Source: a virus | Taxonomy: Duplodnaviria > Caudoviricetes | Length of the DNA: 35,117 nucleotides | IMG/VR virus record: IMGVR_UViG_3300015050_000934 | Span: 1 to 35,117 of that record | Direction: 5' to 3' (one strand) | Shown: in pieces, positions 7,342 to 15,663 of the stretch | Position numbering within the stretch: the first letter of the stretch is position 1 | How the letters are laid out: the number at the start of each line of letters is the position of its first letter | The notes under the pieces: model-generated | What the model saw: the letters and a program-made list of their open reading frames with translations, nothing else | The model's database searches: none | What the model was told of the DNA's origin: nothing | Position numbers and translations under genes: made by a program

Positions 7342-7604
7342 CAGAACGGAGACGAGAAATCAGGCCCACGATGCGCCGGAGCGTCGTTAGCCGGACCTGC
7401 GTTGCGCTGCATCGGGAACTTGACGGAACCCGCCAACATCGTTCCCTTGTCGCCCTTAGCCCACAGCGCGACTTCCAGTTTATCGCCCGGCTTAGCACCT
7501 TCAGGGACGATCATATTTCCCTTCCAGTCTGGCGCGCGGTCATTGCGCTTGTCGGTTTCCTTGAAGGCGACAATGTCACCCGGTTTTTGCTCATATCCAG
7601 CCAT
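7341..7604 (-). CDS. Putative single-stranded DNA-binding protein
   Basis: NDRAPDWKG...LEVALW OB-fold-like core, C-terminal tail ending PF, adjacent to ERF. Confidence 0.65.
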   Translation of the reverse strand: MAGYEQKPGDIVAFKETDKRNDRAPDWKGNMIVPEGAKPGDKLEVALWAKGDKGTMLAGSVKFPMQRNAGPANDAPAHRGPDFSSPF

Positions 7605-8275
7605 CACAGTTCCTTTTGTCGGGCTTCGAGTTCTTCACGGAGCTGGACGCGCCAGCCTTTGGGTAGTTTCTTCACGTCGTCGTCGTGGTCTTTGAACCAG
7701 ACGCGAGCGGCTTCTAGCGACGGCAGCATAGCAATAGCGCCAAGCCATCCGTCGAACGTCTCACCCCAGCCGTCCTTTTTGGCTTGAGCCGCAGACATTC
7801 CAGAGCCTTCAGCCCCCCACCAATCCGGGCCTTCAGGATGAACGCTCACGTTCGGGTTCTTCGGCTCGCCGGGCTTCGTTGTGCGAGGCATAGAAGCTTC
7901 CCCGTCGTCATCCACGGCAGGCATATTGAGCATGGCCATGAGGGAGTAACGACGGGCATAGGTGATAGCCGAACCTGCGGCTTGAGGGTCCATCTTGCCA
8001 GCGGGCAGGGAAAAGTCAGTCTCCACCCACTCGCCGCTTTCGTGGATCAGGCGCGTGGTCAGGGTGATGCAGTTACCGTCCATCGGGCCGGGACCCTTCA
8101 TGACAGCCAGCCCGTTAGCCTCTAGCGCACCGTGCGCGGCCTCAATGACGCTTTCGAGGTTCGCGTACTTGGATTTGAAGAACGGGTTATCAGCGCCCTT
8201 CTTAACCCCCTCAATGGCGTTGATGGCCTTCACCAGCGCCGGGCTGATTTTCGTTAGCGTGTCGCTGCTTCTCAC
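7604..8275 (-). CDS. erf: ERF-family single-strand annealing recombinase
   Basis: NPFFKSKYANLESV, DPQAAGSAITYARRYSL and DDDG signature motifs. GTG start overlaps the upstream stop. Confidence 0.92.
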   Translation of the reverse strand: MRSSDTLTKISPALVKAINAIEGVKKGADNPFFKSKYANLESVIEAAHGALEANGLAVMKGPGPMDGNCITLTTRLIHESGEWVETDFSLPAGKMDPQAAGSAITYARRYSLMAMLNMPAVDDDGEASMPRTTKPGEPKNPNVSVHPEGPDWWGAEGSGMSAAQAKKDGWGETFDGWLGAIAMLPSLEAARVWFKDHDDDVKKLPKGWRVQLREELEARQKEL

Positions 8276-8472
8276 TTGGCTTCCTCCATTGCCGCGAATT
8301 GTTTTAGGGCTTCTTGACACTGACGGACTACCTCGCGGGCTTCCGGGCAGTTGAGGGTTGATTGACGTTGAGCCATCAGGGCGACGGACATTCGCGAGGC
8401 TGGCTCATAGGCAAATACATCGGCCAGCCAGAGTTTCCCGTCGCGGAAAATAGCTACAGGCTGGTCAGTCAT
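8272..8472 (-). CDS. Hypothetical protein (66 aa)
   Basis: Overlap-coupled in the operon. Confidence 0.65.
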   Translation of the reverse strand: MTDQPVAIFRDGKLWLADVFAYEPASRMSVALMAQRQSTLNCPEAREVVRQCQEALKQFAAMEEAK

Positions 8473-8737
8473 CGGCTCGCGCCGCCTCTAGCAGAACGTC
8501 CAGATCGGCAGCGGCAAGCAGGTTGAACCCGATAGGCGTGTCAGGATACCATTGCAGCATCCAGCACTCGTTGGTTTCGATAGCCTTTTGCTTTTGCTCC
8601 TCGCTGACCCAGCAATCATACCCGAAGTCTTGCTCGTCAATCGCCTGCTGAACCGTCAGATAGCAGGCCAGATGATCATTGTGCGTCAGGTGAAGCGAGG
8701 CTTCATGCCTAGGCCACTTCGGTTGCCACTCACTCAT
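8465..8737 (-). CDS. Hypothetical protein (90 aa)
   Basis: Overlap-coupled, WMLQWYPDTPIG motif. Confidence 0.75.
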   Translation of the reverse strand: MSEWQPKWPRHEASLHLTHNDHLACYLTVQQAIDEQDFGYDCWVSEEQKQKAIETNECWMLQWYPDTPIGFNLLAAADLDVLLEAARADD

Positions 8738-8927
8738 CGTTCTTCCCCTTCGCTAATGCTGCTTTGCTTAGTCTTGATGTGGCGGACCAGAGCCGGGCGA
8801 GTTGCTCTGGCGTTAGATCGGTAAGCCGCTCGATATTGCCGATAGCCACCGTCAAGTCTGACATTCCGCGTTCGTAGGTCAGAGTCTGGTTTCTTAGGCC
8901 ACGGATGGAGTCGATTACGTCGGTCAT
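8730..8927 (-). CDS. Hypothetical protein (65 aa)
   Basis: ATGA-coupled start MTDVIDS. Confidence 0.6.
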   Translation of the reverse strand: MTDVIDSIRGLRNQTLTYERGMSDLTVAIGNIERLTDLTPEQLARLWSATSRLSKAALAKGKNDE

Positions 8928-9166
8928 TGCATCCCCGCCAGAATGTGAGACTTGCCGCCATCCTCGAAAAGCTGGACGGCGCAGTCCGCGCACATCACCT
9001 CCCCGAAGACCTCGAAAGCCTCTACAGACGGAGACGCTTCGGGCTCGCCGCACGTCGGGCAGAAACTGGCGTCCGTGTCGTTGTCGCGCGGAAAGCGGAG
9101 CGGATAGTCGTCATCGCCATCCGCCGCGCAAATCTCGTCGTGAAAGTGGTTCTTAACCGCGCCCAT
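8924..9166 (-). CDS. Acidic zinc-finger-like hypothetical protein
   Basis: CPTC...CADC, TGATG coupling. Confidence 0.65.
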   Translation of the reverse strand: MGAVKNHFHDEICAADGDDDYPLRFPRDNDTDASFCPTCGEPEASPSVEAFEVFGEVMCADCAVQLFEDGGKSHILAGMQ

Positions 9167-9393
9167 CACCCAATCCTCCGAAAGCTACCGGAAACCTCAA
9201 TGGGCCGGTAATCGTAGTCCGCGACGGACAGGCGAAGGCCCAGCAGCTTCTTACGGCATTGCTCTGCGCTCTTGAGGTTGTCGAGGCGCGTATCCCAGCA
9301 ATAGGCCGTGCGGAGATTGCGAAGGGCCGAACGATACGAGCGCAGCAGCGAGGCGCGCTCAAACGGGCTGGAATGGGGCTGGTCGAAGTTCAT
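9166..9393 (-). CDS. First gene of the leftward early operon, hypothetical (75 aa)
   Basis: GGGAGAG RBS and promoter upstream. Confidence 0.7.
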   Translation of the reverse strand: MNFDQPHSSPFERASLLRSYRSALRNLRTAYCWDTRLDNLKSAEQCRKKLLGLRLSVADYDYRPIEVSGSFRRIG

Positions 9394-9395
9394 GT

Positions 9396-9443
9396 GTCTC
9401 TCCCTGTTGAGGACCAACCTAACCGCATGACGGACGATTGCAA
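9396..9443 (-). promoter_or_regulatory. Leftward early promoter with CAACA.GGGAGA leader (copy 2)
   Basis: TTGCAA-N16-TAGGTT, then CAACAGGGAGAGAC before the ATG. Confidence 0.6.
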
Positions 9444-9467
9444 GCACTTTTCGCACAAAAAACGCTA

Positions 9468-9496
9468 TAGACACGCCTATCGTTGTCGGGTAGCGT
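9468..9496 (+). promoter_or_regulatory. Rightward early promoter, probably leaderless transcript
   Basis: TAGACA-N17-TAGCGT, ATG 7 nt downstream, no RBS. Confidence 0.45.
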
Positions 9497-9503
9497 TCTG
9501 GTT

Positions 9504-9674
9504 ATGACTGATAAATCTTACCTAGATCACCTTTCACCAGTCGAGCGGTCGGCGCTGGCGCATCATTTAGATGCCGCAAAGACCCATCGCGGCGAGGCCA
9601 ACATGCACTCTAAGTGGGCCAAGCAGATCATTGACCGGGCCAGAGCGAGGATGAAAGCTAATGTCAAATCATAG
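9504..9674 (+). CDS. Hypothetical protein (56 aa)
   Basis: First ORF of the rightward operon. Confidence 0.65.
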   Translation: MTDKSYLDHLSPVERSALAHHLDAAKTHRGEANMHSKWAKQIIDRARARMKANVKS

Positions 9675-10206
9675 CGTGTACGAGATCAAGTCGGAGGCAA
9701 TCCCGCGCCGTTACATCGGGATGAGTCAGGAGCCGCAGGTTCGTTGGCGCGCCCACTTGTACGCAAGCGTTAGCCGGGATGAACCGCTGTACGAGGCCAT
9801 GAGAAATATCGGTCCGCAGCACTTTGTCTTTTCGGTCATCGCTGATTACGAGCACCGGATAGACGCGGCAGCGCACGAATCGGGGCTTATCCGCTTCTTG
9901 ATGGAGTCGGGCCAAAATCCTTTCAATCAAACCTTTGGCGGCTCCGGCGTTCTCCGGCCCTATAACGAAGACGATCCCATGCTGGTTGAGATTTGTCACC
10001 GCATAAACACGGGAGGCGGACTTATGGCGTGGTGCCAGCAGAACGGCGCTGACGCCACCGCAGTCAGCCGTTACGTCAACGGGCACAGAGCCGCGCCGGG
10101 ACGGATTTACGAAATATTGGGGCACCCCAAACCGACCATCCAGCAGCGCGCGGTGATTGCCGCACAACTAGCTAGTCGGAAAGCAGCAATGGAGGACAGC
10201 AAATGA
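9661..10206 (+). CDS. GIY-YIG endonuclease domain fused to a C-terminal Cro-like HTH
   Basis: SVYEI...RYIGMS...RWRAH...E...FNQTFGG, then LMAWCQQNGADATAVSRYVNGHR HTH. Confidence 0.8.
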   Translation: MSNHSVYEIKSEAIPRRYIGMSQEPQVRWRAHLYASVSRDEPLYEAMRNIGPQHFVFSVIADYEHRIDAAAHESGLIRFLMESGQNPFNQTFGGSGVLRPYNEDDPMLVEICHRINTGGGLMAWCQQNGADATAVSRYVNGHRAAPGRIYEILGHPKPTIQQRAVIAAQLASRKAAMEDSK

Positions 10207-10234
10207 CGCGGGCAGCTTTAAGGGAGAAGGGGTG

Positions 10235-10513
10235 ATGAGTTACGAGGTTGTGACGTGGGACAGCGCAGAACACGGCGCTATCGCCCGCATCCGTATGCCG
10301 ATGCTTTCGGCTAAGGGAAAAATGAAACCCGATTGGCTTCCGGTCGCCATCCACGCGGCAACGCCGGAAGAGGCGCGGTCAAAGGCCGTCACCTTCTATG
10401 AGGCAGAACTTGAACGCCTGTCGAGCAAAACCGCCAACATGGAAGCCGGCAGAACTAAGGCCGCAGCTACGCGAGCCGCCAAACAACCAGCTAAACGTAA
10501 GGAGCAAGCGTGA
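10235..10513 (+). CDS. Hypothetical protein
   Basis: GGGAG RBS, coupled to the next gene. Confidence 0.7.
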   Translation: MSYEVVTWDSAEHGAIARIRMPMLSAKGKMKPDWLPVAIHAATPEEARSKAVTFYEAELERLSSKTANMEAGRTKAAATRAAKQPAKRKEQA

Positions 10514-10734
10514 TGACCAAGTTTGTAATCGAAAAGGGTGTCCCCGTCGCGCCTCCTGGGAACTCTATTTACCCGTTTGGCGAGCTTGATGTTGGCGACA
10601 GCTTCCTTCTTCCGACAGGCGCTGGAAATGCCTCAGCGTTTCGCCGTTCTGCCTCTCTTTGGGCCGCTCGCCACGGAGCAAAGGTCACTATCCGCAAGGT
10701 TGATGGCGGCGTTCGTGTTTGGAGGACTGCGTGA
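10513..10734 (+). CDS. Small conserved phage protein, putative DNA-binding
   Basis: IEKGVPV...YPFGELDVGDSF...GVRVWR pattern. Confidence 0.75.
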   Translation: MTKFVIEKGVPVAPPGNSIYPFGELDVGDSFLLPTGAGNASAFRRSASLWAARHGAKVTIRKVDGGVRVWRTA

Positions 10735-11177
10735 TGTTGAGTTTTTTCCGCCGCCTCATCCAGCATTATGGGTTCTTTCGGAGGGAGCCGGACATTTACC
10801 ACCGTTCCGGGTCAACAGTCGGGCCGCTTGTATCTGCTGACGAGGTATGGGCCGCGCACGGCTTCTTTACCGCCGAAAAGCGCCGGAACGAACGCCTTGC
10901 TCAAATCGCCCGTGAACGTGACGCGCTGAAAATCTCTCTGGCCAAGGCGATCAAACAGAAGAAATCCCGCCAAGCCATCTATGCCGCTCTAAGGGCTTTG
11001 AGGAACGAGGAAATGTTCCTTGAGCGGGGCGGCATTATTGTCCGAAATGCCGATAAAGTCGTCTGTGAGGGTAACACCTTTGCCGACTACGATCCGCTCG
11101 ACAGCCTTGTTGTCGAAGGCAATGCCGTCGTTCCTCTCCGCCTCAGCAAAGAATATCTGGAAGGGCGGAAAGCGTGA
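10734..11177 (+). CDS. Hypothetical protein
   Basis: GGAGG RBS, coupled at both ends. Confidence 0.65.
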   Translation: MLSFFRRLIQHYGFFRREPDIYHRSGSTVGPLVSADEVWAAHGFFTAEKRRNERLAQIARERDALKISLAKAIKQKKSRQAIYAALRALRNEEMFLERGGIIVRNADKVVCEGNTFADYDPLDSLVVEGNAVVPLRLSKEYLEGRKA

Positions 11178-11410
11178 TCCACAAATACACCATCGAAGAA
11201 ATCGACGCGCTTACCGATGCCGTCAGGTCTCGCTATTTCCCGCGCACTCGTTGGTCATTTACCGCAGACGGTTTCCACGGCTCTCAGGAAACTGAGGGCT
11301 CAAAAGCCGAGGGCTACGCGCTTGCGCAAATGACGCAGGACAAGGTCAGAACCCTTATGCTGGCTGGCGTGAAGGCCGAAGACGTTCTTTCCGTGGAGCC
11401 TTTGCCATGA
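11174..11410 (+). CDS. Hypothetical protein (78 aa)
   Basis: GTGA and ATGA overlaps. Confidence 0.65.
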   Translation: MIHKYTIEEIDALTDAVRSRYFPRTRWSFTADGFHGSQETEGSKAEGYALAQMTQDKVRTLMLAGVKAEDVLSVEPLP

Positions 11411-11772
11411 CCCCTCCCCCTACCGTATCACGCTGGGCGGGCGACAAAGAAAAGAAGCCTTCAAAGTTTCTAAACCGAAAGGTTACGGTCGATGGCCTGT
11501 CCTTCGATAGTCAGAAAGAGGCTCGGCGATGGGGTGAGCTTTGTCTGCTACAGCGAGCGGGTCAAATATCCGATCTATCTCGTCAGGTGCGATTGCCGCT
11601 CAGGGTCAACGATCAACTTGTCTGCACCTTCGTTCCTGATTTTACCTACACAGAAGGCGGCAAGCAAGTGATCGAGGACACGAAAAGCCCCATCACCCGC
11701 AAGCATCCTGTTTACCGCATCAAGGTCAAACTGCTGAAGGCGCTTACAGGCGCGGAAGTGAGAGAAACATGA
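11407..11772 (+). CDS. DUF1064-family PD-(D/E)xK endonuclease
   Basis: SKFLNRKVTVDGLSFDSQKEARR...PDFTY...IEDTKS. Confidence 0.88.
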   Translation: MTPPPTVSRWAGDKEKKPSKFLNRKVTVDGLSFDSQKEARRWGELCLLQRAGQISDLSRQVRLPLRVNDQLVCTFVPDFTYTEGGKQVIEDTKSPITRKHPVYRIKVKLLKALTGAEVRET

Positions 11773-12626
11773 GCGCCTTTCAATATGACCTTGTGCACAG
11801 CCTTGACGGCGGTTCGCTAGGCGCGGGCTGGTACGTCGTCGCGAACAGCGGAGGCAACGACTCCATTGCCCTGATCCAGTGGTTCTACGAAAACGGCTTT
11901 AAAAACGTCCTGTGCCTCTACAACGATACGGGCTGGTCAATGCCAGCGGTTGGGAATCAGGAATCATGGCACGAACGCATGGAGCGCGTTGAGGCCCTGT
12001 GCGACAGCTACGGCTTCCGCCATGCCCGCACAACGTCGATGGGCTTTGAGGCGCTAGTGAAGTGGAAAAAGGCGTTCCCGCGCCAAGGCATCCAGTTCTG
12101 CACCGAAATCCTCAAGATGATCCCGACGATAGCGTTTCTGGCGGAACACGATCCGACTGGAAAAGCCATCTGTGCAAACGGTAAGCGCCGCCACGAAAGC
12201 GCCGAACGGTCAAATACCGTTGAGTGGGTTTACAAGAGCGAGGCGCATGGAGGCCGCGACCTTCGCCAGCCACTATGGGACACAACAAACGAAGAGCGGG
12301 ATGCGCTGATCCTGCGGGCCGGTTTCGAGGTGCTCCCGCACAAGTCCAAAGAGTGCAAGTTGTGCATCAACGAGAACCGTGAGGGCCTGCTTATGACCCC
12401 CGGCGTAGTGATTCAGGACGTTGCGCGGCTTGAGGGAGAAATGGGCATTACCAGCAACGGCAAGCCCCGTACCTTTTTCCGGCCTGCGTCCAAAATGGGC
12501 GCAACAGGCATTCATGAGGTTGTTCGCTGGTCACAGGCAAAGAGAGGCAAATACCGCTCCCTCTCCGATAGCACCGGCAAGAGCCAAACCGAGAGCGGAT
12601 GCGATGGAGGATATTGCGCGTCATGA
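11769..12626 (+). CDS. PAPS-reductase-family (PP-loop) protein
   Basis: ANSGGNDS PP-loop, YNDTGW, FCTEILK, GKRRHES..RS, CKLC, C-terminal GCDGGYC. Confidence 0.85.
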   Translation: MSAFQYDLVHSLDGGSLGAGWYVVANSGGNDSIALIQWFYENGFKNVLCLYNDTGWSMPAVGNQESWHERMERVEALCDSYGFRHARTTSMGFEALVKWKKAFPRQGIQFCTEILKMIPTIAFLAEHDPTGKAICANGKRRHESAERSNTVEWVYKSEAHGGRDLRQPLWDTTNEERDALILRAGFEVLPHKSKECKLCINENREGLLMTPGVVIQDVARLEGEMGITSNGKPRTFFRPASKMGATGIHEVVRWSQAKRGKYRSLSDSTGKSQTESGCDGGYCAS

Positions 12627-12772
12627 AAGAGATTTGGATTGAAGAGTACGACCGCCTTTCGGATGAACTGGACCGCGAGCCTACAGACCGAGAGATTGAG
12701 ATTGCGGTAGGCAACAGGCTTGAGGACATTGCAGACCGTGCAAAAGACGCTTGGAAAGAGCGCGACTTGTGA
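12623..12772 (+). CDS. 49-aa acidic microprotein MKEIWIEEYDRLSDELDREPTD... (not in ORF track)
   Basis: GGAGG RBS, ATGA and GTGA overlaps, paralog of 4773..4928. Confidence 0.75.
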   Translation: MKEIWIEEYDRLSDELDREPTDREIEIAVGNRLEDIADRAKDAWKERDL

Positions 12773-13149
12773 ACCGCGAACCCGTTTTCATCTACCCTCG
12801 TAAGTCCTTCACCAAAAAGCAGCGGTTAGAGATATTCAATCGGGCCGAGGGGCGGTGTCAGTGCGGATGCGCAAAGAAACTACAGCCGGGCTTTCACATC
12901 GAACACCGCAACCCACTCTGGCGCGGCGGAACGAACGAGATCGAGAATCTAGAGGCTTGGATTCCCGCTTGTCACGCCAGCAAGACGGCGGGAGAGGCTT
13001 CCGAAAGAGGCAAGGTCAATCGGCTTATCAAGAAGGCTGATCCTTTGACCCGCAAGCCTAGCAGGATGCAGAGCCGCAACGAATGGCCCAAAGGAATCAA
13101 GATTCAATCAAGAGGTTTCCAGCGGAAGCCGAAAGGGAGAGAGACGTGA
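12769..13149 (+). CDS. HNH endonuclease
   Basis: GRCQCGC...IEHRNPLWRGGTNEIENL...CHASKT. Confidence 0.85.
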   Translation: MNREPVFIYPRKSFTKKQRLEIFNRAEGRCQCGCAKKLQPGFHIEHRNPLWRGGTNEIENLEAWIPACHASKTAGEASERGKVNRLIKKADPLTRKPSRMQSRNEWPKGIKIQSRGFQRKPKGRET

Positions 13150-13505
13150 GAACTTCAGTAGCCGACATTGTACGGGAGACGGCCGCGAAGCACGGGCTTT
13201 CCGTGGGTGTTCTTTTGGGGAAAGGCTCGCGGCGAGTACTGGCTTGGCCCCGTCAGGAGGCAATGTACCGCGTCTTCACCGAGTGCCCTCATATCTCCTA
13301 TCCGGAGGCTGGCCGTCGCTTGGGAGGACGAGATCATACAACCATCCTGCATGGCGTCAAAGCCCATTGTCGGCGGAACGGCATCGAATACGCAGATGCA
13401 GTTAAGATGCGCCTAAGCGGCGGCGTGTCTCCGTACTTCCACCAACTCATGGCCGCTTACGGTTCTGCGATGAAGGCGGGAGGCTCTTTTGCGGCAGCCG
13501 CGTAA
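13146..13505 (+). CDS. DnaA C-terminal (domain IV) HTH-like protein
   Basis: LAWPRQEAMY...SYPEAGRRLGGRDHTTILHG. Confidence 0.88.
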   Translation: MRTSVADIVRETAAKHGLSVGVLLGKGSRRVLAWPRQEAMYRVFTECPHISYPEAGRRLGGRDHTTILHGVKAHCRRNGIEYADAVKMRLSGGVSPYFHQLMAAYGSAMKAGGSFAAAA

Positions 13506-13785
13506 TCACTTCACGTCCGTTCAGGACAACACAATCCGCAAGATGAAAAAACTAGGGTTCACGCCCGAAGAGATTGGCGAGAAACTGGGCCGCAGCCCTT
13601 GGAGCATCCGAGACCGGGCAGACGCGCTGGGAACTCCTTGGAGGAAAGAGTTGGGCACCAGCATCCTTATGAACTCGACCGCTAACGGGTTCGATCATGA
13701 GAGGGATGCAGAGGCTAAACAGCGTCAGGGCGACGCTAGGCTTGTCCGCGCTCTTGCCTTGGCTATTCAGGCGGGAGAACACTAG
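13489..13785 (+). CDS. HTH protein (GcrA/Myb-like N-terminus)
   Basis: FTSVQDNTIRKMKKLGFTPEEIGEKLGRSPWSIRDRADALG. Confidence 0.6.
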   Translation: MRQPRNHFTSVQDNTIRKMKKLGFTPEEIGEKLGRSPWSIRDRADALGTPWRKELGTSILMNSTANGFDHERDAEAKQRQGDARLVRALALAIQAGEH

Positions 13786-13820
13786 CCAGCGGGAACGCCG
13801 GTTGAGTTGAGGCTTATCGG

Positions 13821-14507
13821 ATGAGGGAAGAGATTATAGGCGATTGCCGTCTGATTTTGGGGGACAGCGAGGCCGTCCTGCATGGCCTGCCTGACTTTGA
13901 CGCTGTTCTTACCGACCCTCCGTATGGTATTGGCGAGGCCGCTGGAAAGAACAAGTCTCGGACCAACATGGCGGTCGCGAAAGACTACGGAAATGACGAG
14001 TGGGACAATCAGGCTATTAGCGCCGACTTGCTGCACATGGTCATGGCCGCTGGCCGGTGGAACATCATCTTCGGCGGGAACTACTATCCTATGCCCGCCA
14101 CGTCTTGCTGGCTGGTTTGGGACAAGCTGAACGGCGACAATGACTTCGCTGACTGCGAGTTGGCGTGGACGAACCTCCCGAAGGCCGTCCGTCGCATCCG
14201 CTATATGTGGAACGGTATGCTCCGCGCTAACGGCGAGGAACGCGGCGACCATCCTACACAGAAGCCTCTAGGCGTCATGGCGTGGTGCCTCCAGCAATTG
14301 CCCGCAGACACCAGAACCGTCATTGACCCTTTCATGGGCAGCGGAACAACGGGTGTGGCCTGTGTGGCCGCTGGGCTGGCCTTTACGGGCATTGAACGAG
14401 AAGAGCGATACTTTGAGGCCGCTTGTCGCCGCATCGAGGAAGCCTATAAGCAGCCCCGCCTCTTCGCTGAGCCGGTGGTGAAGCCTGTTCAAGACGTTTT
14501 GATATGA
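13821..14507 (+). CDS. N4-C/N6-A DNA methyltransferase, beta class
   Basis: TDPPY precedes HPTQKP and DPFMGSGTT. Confidence 0.93.
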   Translation: MREEIIGDCRLILGDSEAVLHGLPDFDAVLTDPPYGIGEAAGKNKSRTNMAVAKDYGNDEWDNQAISADLLHMVMAAGRWNIIFGGNYYPMPATSCWLVWDKLNGDNDFADCELAWTNLPKAVRRIRYMWNGMLRANGEERGDHPTQKPLGVMAWCLQQLPADTRTVIDPFMGSGTTGVACVAAGLAFTGIEREERYFEAACRRIEEAYKQPRLFAEPVVKPVQDVLI

Positions 14508-14543
14508 AAAGGCCCGGCGGTGATGTTCTCAAACCGCCGGGCT
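14507..14543 (-). terminator. Terminator hairpin oriented against the operon
   Basis: Minus strand GCCCGGCGGT/ACCGCCGGGC followed by CTTTT. Confidence 0.55.
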
Positions 14544-14559
14544 AGTCTAGCCGCCATAG

Positions 14560-14594
14560 AAAAAGGCTCGGCGAGCGCGAAGCATCACCGAGCC
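14560..14594 (-). terminator. Second antisense-oriented terminator
   Basis: Minus strand GGCTCGGTGA/TCGCCGAGCC followed by TTTTT. Confidence 0.6.
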
Positions 14595-14754
14595 TTCCTC
14601 TCCACGGCGAGCACAAGAGGGAGCAAATCCCCGCCGCGTTCTCTCCCCTTGTCCCGCCTTGATCTTTTCCGATCAATGACGGATAAAGGTCGGGCGGATC
14701 AGGACCAACTGACCCGCGAAATGCCAACGGCTTACAGGAGCCACTGACTATGCG

Positions 14755-14783
14755 GTTTTACCGCCACCAGACATTCAGCGCAA
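14755..14783 (-). promoter_or_regulatory. Putative antisense promoter just upstream of the replication gene
   Basis: TTGCGC-N17-TAAAAC. Confidence 0.45.
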
Positions 14784-14799
14784 GCCTTTCGGTTTTGTC

Positions 14800-15663
14800 A
14801 TGAGCGTTCCGTTCATGCAGCTTTACGTCGCTGACTACCTTGGCGACACCCGGCACCTGACAACCGAACAACACGGCGCTTACCTCCTGTTGCTCATGGC
14901 TATGTGGCGGGCAAATGGAACCCTCCCCGACGAAGAGGCGCGACTGGCCCGGCTGGTCGGATTGTCCGTCGTGAAGTGGCGAAAAATTGCCTCCGACGTG
15001 ATGGCGTTTTTCGTCAGGGCTGACGGCCTGATTAGCCAGCGCCGTCTTACCCTTGAACTGCAAAAAGCCGTCGAAAAAAGTGTGAAAAGAAGCGAGGCCG
15101 GGAAACGCGGCGGACACGCTAAGGCGCTGAAAGATAACGGTTTGGGTCTGGCAAATGCTACCGTTTTGCCATGCCATTCTTCAGAACCAGAACCATACAG
15201 TAAGAGAGTTACTAACGTAACTCTTGTCCGTTCGCCTGATTTGTTCCCTGAGTTTTGGGAGCGTTGGCCAGTCAAGAAATCCCGCAAAGCCGCCCATGCG
15301 GCATACCTGAAAGCCCTTAAGGAAACCGATCATGGAACGCTTGTCGCCGCAGTCGATACTCAACGCCGTTGGCCTGAGTGGGGAAACCCAAAATACATCC
15401 CTCACGCCGCAACGTGGCTCAACAAGGGGCGTTGGACTGACGAGCCAAGAGGCAGCGAAGGCGCGGGCATGGCTGGGAACCCGAAAGCCATCGGAAACCG
15501 ATCAGGCGATACGTCATTCGCTGACATCGCAGCTAGGCGTAAGCGTGAACGTGAATCGGGAATGGCGCTACCCGGAGGGGAAGCCGCCCTATCAGGTAAC
15601 GACCTCGGCTGGGATACAGGCGCAATCGCTGGACAATGTGCGGGTGGCGATTGGCAAGGTTGA
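14800..15663 (+). CDS. Replication initiator, DUF1376/YdaU-type N-terminus
   Basis: PFMQLYVADYLGDTRHLTTEQHGAYLLLL, FPEFWERWP...YIPHAATWLNKGRWTDE. Confidence 0.88.
   Translation: MSVPFMQLYVADYLGDTRHLTTEQHGAYLLLLMAMWRANGTLPDEEARLARLVGLSVVKWRKIASDVMAFFVRADGLISQRRLTLELQKAVEKSVKRSEAGKRGGHAKALKDNGLGLANATVLPCHSSEPEPYSKRVTNVTLVRSPDLFPEFWERWPVKKSRKAAHAAYLKALKETDHGTLVAAVDTQRRWPEWGNPKYIPHAATWLNKGRWTDEPRGSEGAGMAGNPKAIGNRSGDTSFADIAARRKRERESGMALPGGEAALSGNDLGWDTGAIAGQCAGGDWQG
15150..15224. other. Possible replication origin inside the initiator gene
   Basis: Tandem CAGAAC repeats and inverted repeat AGAGTTAC-TAAC-GTAACTCT (15205-15224) in the inter-domain linker. Confidence 0.35.

Noticed and set aside
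14520-14747. 75-aa plus-strand and 61-aa minus-strand ORFs in the gap before the replication gene
   Set aside because: No RBS or motifs. The region is better explained by RNA hairpins.
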